Shown here: one piece after another, positions 1 to 6,321 of the stretch
Layout of the letters: every line of letters starts with the position of its first letter
How positions within the stretch are numbered: position 1 is the stretch's first letter
NCBI GenBank assembly: GCA_018985225.1
Contig: JADGIF010000590.1
Span: forward strand, 1-6,321
Source: Amoeboradix gromovi X-113
Lineage: Eukaryota > Fungi > Sanchytriomycota
Reading direction: 5' to 3'
DNA: 6,321 nucleotides
Made by a program: the position numbers and the translations under genes
The notes under the pieces: model-generated
Told to the model about the DNA's origin: nothing
The model's database searches: none
What the model saw: the letters and a program-made list of their open reading frames with translations, nothing else

Positions 1-70
1 CACAGAATATTTATTTTCCTTTTATACTCGTCAACTAGCTGAATGTCCACTCGCCTCTTAAATCCATAAA

Positions 71-139
71 TTAATAAAGCTGAAATAATGTTCCAAGTTG
101 TTACAGAAAGTTAGTCCAGTTTTTATATTTGATGTCCCA
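71..139 (+). repeat. Direct repeat, copy A (partner 5894..5962)
   Basis: Ungapped alignment to 5894..5962 gives 58/69 identical by hand count, including CAGAAAGTTAGTCYAGTTTTTAKATTTGATGTCCCA. Confidence 0.9.
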
Positions 140-170
140 AATGGTTTATTTAATTAAAATCGTAGTTGTT
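139..170 (+). repeat. 32-bp direct repeat shared with the CDC45 5' flank (4108..4140)
   Basis: AAATGGTTTATTTAATTAAAATCG (24 nt exact) followed by TAGTTGTT. The copies differ by a single 1-nt indel. Confidence 0.9.
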
Positions 171-318
171 TTGATTGGTTAAAATTCTTTCCTGGATTTC
201 TGGTTATATTTATCCCTCATAATCACATCAGTACGTAAATGCAACTTGCTTAAATATCTGATTAAGTTTAAAATTTCATTTTTGTATCAGGTACCCCCGT
301 GTTGAAAAGTCAATTTGT

Positions 319-1252
319 ATGAGTTCACTGCTTGAGCCCAGATACGATCAGTCCACATACTCTGGAAGACTAAAGCATTTCTTGGAAATTACGGATATTT
401 CAAATTTATTCTATTCAAAAGAGAAGTTACAAGAAGCTAAAATGAAGGTTCTAGAATACGAGCACATGGATAGTGAACACAAAAAAGAGCCTGTTAGCGA
501 TGAAATGTGGCACTATTCTACATTGTTTAAGAGCAGCTTCCATCCAGATACCAAGGAATTGATATTTGCACCATTCAGAATGGCAAGCTTTGTGCCTACA
601 AATTTTCCAGTGGTTCTCGGAATGCTACTTCCTAATCCTAGCATAGGTGCAATTGTGTTCTGGCAATGGCTTAACCAAAGCGTGAATGTGGGGTTTAATT
701 ACCACAATGCCAACAAGTCTACAGTTCTTACTAACACTGAAATAATGACAGCGTATGCTGCAGCAGTTGCTACAAGCTGTGGAGTTGCGCTAGGTCTAAA
801 TAGACTGCACAAAGTTGGCTGGCTTCCGAACGTTCTAAATAAGTTTGTTCCATTTATTGCCGTTGCAATGGCTGGTATTTATAGTTTATCTAGGAACGGC
901 AAATCTTGTATTAATGAGGCAAAAGGAACTGCAACATGGAATAGCTGTGTACAATGATGATGTTTCAGTTGGTAAATCATCTTTAGCTGCTAAACATGCC
1001 ATCTCCCAGACTGCGATTTCTAGAGTTATTGCAGGTATGCCTAGTATGGTTTTAGCCCCAGTTCTAATGGGATATGTAAACGCAAAGCCTAAACCAAAAA
1101 TGTTTATACATGCTGGAGTTGTTGGTATTTGCATGGGAATCGGATTGCCTCTCGCTATATCGCTTTTTGACCAGACTGCAAGCATATCCGGTACAAAACT
1201 TGAACCTGAATTTCACAAATATGAAAAATTGTACTTCAATCGAGGGCTCTGA
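319..1252 (+). CDS. FSF1: Sideroflexin (FSF1/SFXN family mitochondrial inner-membrane transporter), two exons join(319..874,894..1252), 304 aa
   Basis: ORF 319..957 carries the N-terminal sideroflexin motifs PRYDQSTYSGRLKHF, HPDT, RMASFVPTN and WQWLNQSVNVGFNYHNANKS. Overlapping ORF 845..1252 carries the C-terminal motifs LMRQKEL..GI.V, GKS..AA..AISQTAISRV and terminal FNRGL. Removing 875..893 joins them in frame (FVPFIAVAMAG|TANLVLMRQKEL). Exons of 556 and 359 nt total 915 nt, ending in TGA. Confidence 0.95.
875..893 (+). other. Ultra-short 19-nt spliceosomal intron (phase 1) in the sideroflexin gene
   Basis: Sequence GTATTTATAGTTTATCTAG has GT...TAG ends and is AT-rich. Its length (3n+1) accounts exactly for the frame change between the two sideroflexin half-ORFs, and splicing restores the family motif spacing. 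Confidence 0.88.
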
Positions 1253-1567
1253 TTAGTAAATAATATCATACACAAAGTTATTAGTACAGATTGTGCACTT
1301 AAAGCGATGACATTCAAAGGGCTTGAAAATGGGATTTTAGCCTTGCAGTTTTGCGAAGATGAACATTGATAGTGTAGAGGCAAATTCGTACATTCTCAAC
1401 TCTATTTGACACCGAATAGCATGGAGTCACATAAGAAAAATTAAGAAAAATGGTAAAAGCATTATCAAATTATGCTTGGTGAATTATCTATAATCTTATA
1501 ACCACGTGGATGGATTGATTACATGGTGATGTGATTTTATTCATTTTTCAGAGAGTAGTGGTACTCG

Positions 1568-1967
1568 ATGTATATAAAGTGCAAGCAACGTAATAGTAAT
1601 ACTAACAGATGCAACTATGCTTTATCAGGATCCAGGAAAGCCATTTAACAAGCTCCTTGACTATAGTAAAAGTGTTCAGGGTGGTGTAAAACACTTCAGA
1701 GAGGGCACAAATGAAAATGAAACTGTAGATATCAGATTATACTACATCTGCTGCTATTGCACCAGCGAAAAAACAATAATTAAGCTATTAGACTGCGATA
1801 AACATAATCTAGCAGCACTTAATCAGGCATTGGATTCAAGGGCAATTAATTATTCTATCTTTACAAAATTTGGATTGATAAATATGACGGAATTATTTAA
1901 AAATCAAATTTTCACTGCAACTACAAATTTGCCAGAATATTCAACAAAAATCAAGCTGAGAACATAG
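1568..1967 (+). CDS. Unknown ORF or decayed gene; possible join(1568..1589,1609..1967), MYIKCKQHATMLYQDPG...
   Basis: ORF 1617..1967 (116 aa) extends to an upstream ATG at 1568 if GTAATAGTAATACTAACAG (1590..1608) is spliced. The same frame continues past 1967 with scattered stops, suggesting a pseudogene. No family recognised. Confidence 0.3.
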
Positions 1968-2226
1968 GCATCTTCATATGGAGTAAGGCAACAGGATTAG
2001 ACTGGTACACTGCAATAAAGGGTCATGCAAATTTATGATAGAGTTGGATACATTGCTGCTTTTACGGCTAAGCATAATCGCATATATGATAACGCATAAG
2101 ACACATTTAAGTGTTAAAAAGTATGGCATCTCAATCGAGGAAATCATAAGAGATAAGAAGGTTGCTGATGATCTTAATTGTTCGAACTGGCACAGAAAAC
2201 AACTGTTAGTTAGATAGAGACATAGA

Positions 2227-2943
2227 TCAGTTGTTTGTAAATAAACATTTTTTGGAACGAGCCAGAAGTTGAGCTCTAAATGCAAATTCTTCGTAAAGTG
2301 CCAAAGCCAAGATTAAGAATAGACTCCATGATAAAATGCTTAAACCCGAGGTACAAAACTTAATATCATCTTTACTGGCACAACTACCTGATCCATCCAC
2401 TTTCTGTCCTTTGTCTTCATATTCTTGAGGGAAATTAAAGTACTTTGAACCCGGTGTGAGATATAATTCATTGTGAGTTCGATGACAGATGTTATTGCAA
2501 TCAAAGCGAGTTCTGTTGAAATTTGCTCCACGCAGTAATTGCCGTTGATCTTTGCACACTGAAATGGATAAATGAATCCAATTAACCTGGAACTGTCACA
2601 TTTGCAACTGATATCACTGATACTAGCTGAGTTTGCACTGCAAAAGCCATCCAAATACGTTGCAATGCTCGTAGTGGGACAACCAGAATATTTTTCCAGG
2701 GCTGTTTCCACAGACTATAAAATATGCTCACACTCAGTATCTACACAACTTGGCTATGTCGATTTAGCTCAATTGCGATTCGTAGCTGCTTGGATCAGAA
2801 TACTGGATATATGGACCGCTTGATAGTAAATTTGCAAAATATTTGTGGCAAAAATTACTGCAATCAAACTTTTTGATGAGTCTAGCACCGGCAGAACCAT
2901 CCTTGCACGGATTACTGGTAACAGTGTAGTACTTGATAGTCAA
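2227..2943 (-). pseudogene. Disrupted Cys-rich repeat surface/secreted protein with a C-terminal hydrophobic (TM or GPI-like) segment
   Basis: Three consecutive frame segments read TIKYYTVTSNPCKDG...FDCSNFCHKYF...YESQLS*, then ST*PSCVDTECEHIL*SVETALEKYSGC...FQCAKINGNYCVEQ, then FNRTRFDCNNICHRTH...FCTSGLSILSWSLFLILALAL. There are two frameshifts and stops at 2766-2764, 2756-2754 and 2717-2715. The motif FDCxNxCH occurs twice, 363 nt apart. Confidence 0.6.
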
Positions 2944-3100
2944 TCAAGTGCTTTTGATCGGTGCTCACTTTGCCAGCCTTTTTTAGACAAAATCCGCATT
3001 TTTTGAATGCAAAAATAGGATTAGAGCATCTGCAAGAGACAAGTGGCACACATCACTTAACAAATGCTCTCAATTCCATGGGTAGGTACCACAACATTAG

Positions 3101-3601
3101 AGAAACTGCTGTGAAGATCCGCACTGGCTTGAAATACTCTTAGCAGCGAGATCAATGGCAACCAATATTGACTTTAACCGGCTCTATACTTCAATTTAGA
3201 TGATCGTAAAACAAAATGGGCAGAGCGACTGCAAGCTGAATCATCGAAAAAACGATATAGCTGGAGTCAACTCTGTGGGTCCATTTTGCAACTCCGCCTC
3301 ACAAAGGAAAGAGTCGTCCAGATCGTTGAGAATAAATTGCAACACTTAATAGTCATCAATAACTCAGGTTAGTAAAAGTTCGGAGCGATTAAAAGGCTTG
3401 AGAGCTGAAAAAACGTTAAACAAGATTGCCAATGAATTCAAAATGAAATACTATTATTGACAAGATGCTTTAAAGATGTCGTCTTCTGAGAATACGCTTC
3501 TCGTTGCTAAAATCGATGTATGGTACCAGGCAAGCAAAGAACAGTCGCTATCAAAGATTCCATATTGAACAAATAATAATGGATCTGATGTTCAATATTA
3601 G
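3101..3601 (+). mobile_element. Possible decayed LTR-retrotransposon gag-like fragment
   Basis: Frameshifted segments RNCCEDPHWLEILLAARS (from 3101) and PALYFNLDDRKTKWAERLQAESSKKRYSWSQLCGSILQLRLTKERVVQIVENKLQHL (3178..3369, no ATG) resemble the Retrotrans_gag pattern (ED..WL...L.....W..........SW..L). No LTR, PBS or pol is visible. Confidence 0.3.
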
Positions 3602-4092
3602 TAATTATATTGTCTAAAAATATGAAATATAATTGTAACGAAGAAATAGGACGACATATGAGATAATGATTTTCTTGTATGTTATTTGTAGTCGCAGACC
3701 GAAGAAGAATTATTGTATTCATTTCGTAAAGAAAGCTGGCTTTGCTTATTTCTGAATGCAGATAATACAATAATTACGAAAATTCAGTAATTTACTTAGA
3801 GAAACCGAAAATGCTTGTTGTTTTGTTACAGAGCTTGGACACACTTCTGCTACCTTGAGGCAGGAATTAACAAGGATATAAACAAACTATCAGTTTTATA
3901 GTTATTACCTTCCTGGTGTTGAGCTACATCGGATGTGTATTGGGAAGAACATGCTCTGTATCTATAGTGACTTCATTAGATTGACATGTCCAGAATGAAA
4001 TGATTTTAGGCCATTTGCAATTGATGAAAAGAAAAAACGAGTATTATGCGACTAGAACAGTCTAGAAAGAGGGCATCATGGCGCAAAGCACG

Positions 4093-4098
4093 ACGCGT
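4093..4098. promoter_or_regulatory. MluI cell-cycle box (MCB, ACGCGT) upstream of CDC45
   Basis: Exact ACGCGT about 52 bp upstream of the CDC45 ATG, inside a locally CpG-rich patch (GGCGCAAAGCACGACGCGT) in an otherwise AT-rich window. MCBs are established in fungal G1/S replication-gene promoters. Confidence 0.6.
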
Positions 4099-4107
4099 TA
4101 CCACAAT

Positions 4108-4140
4108 AAATGGTTTATTTAATTAAAATCGATAGTTGTT
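4108..4140 (+). repeat. 33-bp direct repeat immediately upstream of the CDC45 ATG (partner 139..170)
   Basis: AAATGGTTTATTTAATTAAAATCGATAGTTGTT ends 9 nt before the ATG at 4150. Confidence 0.9.
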
Positions 4141-4149
4141 GAAACCTCC

Positions 4150-5490
4150 ATGTTTGTTCAACCTGGTTATCATCACTTTTTATTTCAAGACGACGTTGAT
4201 TTTGTAATAAAAATGGACGACATCGACGCTCTTTGTTGTGTTGAATTGATGAAATCTATTTGTAAAAATTATTCAATTTCGAAGTTTGCAAATTATATAC
4301 CTCAGCAACGCACAGTCCTAGGCATCAACATGAACAGCCCGTTTAACAAGAACAAGGAGCGTATTCGTTTAAGCTTCACTCTGAATCCAGAAGATGTGTA
4401 CGATGATTCCACAATAGTTCTAGTAGACAATATGACTAATCCAAATAACCATCGTAACGTCATACCAACCTGGTGCGCCTTCAAAATGCTAGAGACTCTT
4501 AACATTCTGGAATTGAAGCATGCACATTGGACATCTATGATCATCTATTTCTATTTCATGAACAATTTGATTGACTATGATGAGTATTTAAGCCATATCA
4601 AGGATATACAGCTAATATTTCCATCTATAATTCTTCATGAGCATCTCTACGGGTACTTGTTTGGATCCTCATCGCTGTTTAATTGTTTAAGATACACACC
4701 TCATTTATTTTATTTGCTCAAATGGCATAAAAATGAACAGTTAGCTCGCCATTTGACTGCCCATGCTGGCATAAGCCTTAACTATAGTAAGAGTAGTACT
4801 AGCACTGATATGTCACTTATCTACAAATTTATCAACAAGGCGGAATCCTTCTCGATAGAAAATAAATATTTGCTCATTCATTGCATTCAATGCGACAAAT
4901 TAAGAAATATGGATATGGCCCTATACTCTATAGTATTGCTTGATCATCCGTGGCTTTGTAGTGATGTGTTACATTCACTAAATTCAGTAAATCAAAAATC
5001 CATCTTATTGATGCAAGTCTATTTACAAATGATTTGCCATTCTTTTGGGTTGATGCTACAACAAAAGCTTCTCAGACTACTGCCTCTTAGGCAATCAACT
5101 ACGTTGAAAAACTGTGATGCTTGTTATGCTATTTTAGACCATCTGCAAATTGTTACAACAGAGAGCCACTTGGAGCAAATTGGTCCGTTTGGACTGAGAT
5201 GGCTTAGCAGTGTATTGAGCAATATATATGATGTCCCCGTTTTGTTGGCTGCGCCATTTAAAGATGACGTTAATATGATTGTTGTCTTAAGCGACCCCAC
5301 TAACAGAGTCAAAGATTACTATGAAAATGGCAGCGTTTATGATATAGTTAGACCTCTTTACATTAAGGAACCAATAGGACCTGGTATGTACATGATGGAC
5401 AATAGGCAGGATACAATGGATTTTATAGAAGGATTTGCATCGAGACTTAGAGCGTATGCGGTTCAGGAGGACGAAGAAATAGAAGAGTAA
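4150..5490 (+). CDS. CDC45: Cell division control protein 45 (CMG replicative helicase subunit), highly divergent, 446 aa, apparently single exon
   Basis: Co-linear CDC45-like blocks: N-terminal MFV, DIDALCCVELMKSI (cf. DVDALCACKIL), NPEDVYDDSTIVLVD, WTSMII...LIDYDEY, YLFGSSSLFNCLRYTPHL...LTAHAGISL (cf. L.LY.HWSL.DSL......LA.MG..L), NMDMALYSIVLLD, PFGLRWLS...VPVLLAAP and C-terminal RQDTMDFIEGF (cf. EDRSKFLDAL). Confidence 0.85.
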   Translation: MFVQPGYHHFLFQDDVDFVIKMDDIDALCCVELMKSICKNYSISKFANYIPQQRTVLGINMNSPFNKNKERIRLSFTLNPEDVYDDSTIVLVDNMTNPNNHRNVIPTWCAFKMLETLNILELKHAHWTSMIIYFYFMNNLIDYDEYLSHIKDIQLIFPSIILHEHLYGYLFGSSSLFNCLRYTPHLFYLLKWHKNEQLARHLTAHAGISLNYSKSSTSTDMSLIYKFINKAESFSIENKYLLIHCIQCDKLRNMDMALYSIVLLDHPWLCSDVLHSLNSVNQKSILLMQVYLQMICHSFGLMLQQKLLRLLPLRQSTTLKNCDACYAILDHLQIVTTESHLEQIGPFGLRWLSSVLSNIYDVPVLLAAPFKDDVNMIVVLSDPTNRVKDYYENGSVYDIVRPLYIKEPIGPGMYMMDNRQDTMDFIEGFASRLRAYAVQEDEEIEE

Positions 5491-5497
5491 TTAAACT

Positions 5498-5503
5498 AAT
5501 AAA
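5498..5503 (+). promoter_or_regulatory. Possible polyadenylation signal of CDC45
   Basis: AATAAA begins 8 nt after the TAA stop. The hexamer is common by chance in AT-rich DNA. Confidence 0.35.
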
Positions 5504-5548
5504 CTGTAATTAAGACCCTATTCTTTTTAACATAATTGTGCTCCTTAA

Positions 5549-5970
5549 CAAACCACTATTCCTGGACACCAAATATAAGACTAGACCAAGTCGTTTTTAA
5601 ATGAGGTGCTCCATATGGTGGAAATAATATTATTAATAAAAGTTTTTTTCTTTCATTAATGCCATTCCTCTCTTTCAAATAAAACAAAGTGTCCCACTAT
5701 CTCAAGTATAAGAGGTCTTTGAGTGTTTAAGCAAAATGTGCATTTTCTTTTTCTTCTTAGCACCTTTCGTACAACTTATTTTTTGTTTTCTCTTCTTACT
5801 AATCATTGTTTAAGATTTTGATGGATGAAAAGCTTACATACTAAAATAATTTACTTGAACCAATCTGATTAATTTAATTTAGTTTATTATCGGTTAATAC
5901 ACTTGAAATAATGATTCAAACTATTTCAGAAAGTTAGTCTAGTTTTTAGATTTGATGTCCCAGTTGTTTG
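5549..5970. mobile_element. Putative degenerate MITE / non-autonomous DNA transposon bounded by imperfect inverted repeats
   Basis: Left 5564..5591 (GGACACCAAATATAAGACTAGACCAAGT) matches the reverse complement of 5932..5960 (GGACATCAAATCTAAAAACTAGACTAACT) at 23/29 with one gap. Outer 5549..5557 matches 5962..5970 at 8/9 inverted. The interior is very AT-rich and non-coding. No clear target-site duplication. Confidence 0.4.
5894..5962 (+). repeat. Direct repeat, copy B (partner 71..139)
   Basis: 58/69 identical to 71..139. Weaker co-linear patches continue to about 6040 versus about 242. Confidence 0.9.
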
Positions 5971-6321
5971 CATCTCTATGAGCCATAAGATTTAAAATTA
6001 TAAGCTTTCCGAACAGTATTTATTATATCAGTAACATGCGCTTAGCTATACAATGAATTCTACCTCACAAATATAATGAGCATAATTGCTAGCTACTTTG
6101 GAAAAGGTTCTCAATGGCATTTAAGTGGCCGCTTAACTCAAACAATTCGAGAATGTTATAAGTAAAAACAGAACATTCTAGCCTTTTGTCAGCATTTAAA
6201 GAGATCAGCATCCCTTAAATAGCATGCTAACCGCCTACGTTAAATGTGAAGAATTCGAAAATCAAGAAGATTTCAAACCCCACACTTCTCAAGTGTAGAC
6301 AACTTGGGGAGATACCATTTG

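Noticed and set aside
886-1185. Minus-strand 99-aa ORF
   Set aside because: It is an antisense shadow of sideroflexin exon 2 with no independent motif.
319-1252. Programmed frameshift, or two separate genes, for ORFs 319..957 and 845..1252
   Set aside because: A 19-nt GT-AG intron explains the frame change and restores motif spacing exactly. A simple frameshift would leave about 6 extra residues inside a conserved segment.
2513-2531. 19-nt GT..AG (GTGGAGCAAATTTCAACAG, minus strand) as an intron fixing the pseudogene frameshift
   Set aside because: Removal gives the wrong frame (TGA after three codons); a 3n+2 removal is needed. The 5' splice site is also poor.
2715-2766. TAA/TAG reassigned to Gln (as in some ciliates and aphelids) to explain in-frame stops
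   Set aside because: About 750 codons of sideroflexin and CDC45 contain no internal TAA/TAG, CDC45 ends at TAA where expected, and the disrupted regions also contain frameshifts.
3507-3770. Minus-strand 87-aa ORF, and similar short ORFs 1974..2285 (-) and 2572..2823 (+)
   Set aside because: They have no recognisable motifs and overlap better-supported relics on the opposite strand.
4302-5312. Minus-strand ORFs 4302..4544 and 5124..5312
   Set aside because: They are antisense shadows inside CDC45.
71-5970. Repeats interpreted as a CRISPR array or as LTRs flanking one element
   Set aside because: The repeats are few, dispersed and irregularly spaced, and no cas genes are present. There are no TG..CA ends, PBS or PPT, and the enclosed DNA holds housekeeping genes.
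6076-6219. Short ORF MSIIASYFGKGSQWHLSGRL... with a candidate 20-nt intron (6162..6181) as a sideroflexin duplicate
   Set aside because: Only SGRL matches the sideroflexin, and the spliced frame stops again after about 12 codons.
6278-6309. Small hairpin ACACTT-CTC-AAGTGT nested in CCCCA...TGGGG
   Set aside because: The stems are short enough to arise by chance, and there is no tRNA cloverleaf or Helitron end context.

Overview
AT-rich, gene-dense eukaryotic nuclear DNA, probably from a compact-genome fungus or related holomycotan (inference), using the standard genetic code. Two intact housekeeping genes lie on the + strand. The first is a sideroflexin (FSF1/SFXN family, mitochondrial inner-membrane transporter), join(319..874,894..1252). 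It is split by a 19-nt GT-AG intron whose removal restores the conserved motif with no gap. The second is a short (446 aa), highly divergent CDC45 (4150..5490) with an MluI cell-cycle box upstream. Between them lie about 2.8 kb of decayed coding-like sequence: an unknown ORF preceded by a second 19-nt intron candidate, a minus-strand Cys-rich surface-protein pseudogene with an internal repeat, a possible retrotransposon gag relic and a possible RING-like remnant. The region upstream of the sideroflexin is a mosaic of sequence also found on both flanks of CDC45, and an inverted copy of the same motif bounds a ~420-bp MITE-like segment downstream of CDC45. All protein assignments are by-eye motif recognition; no searches were run.
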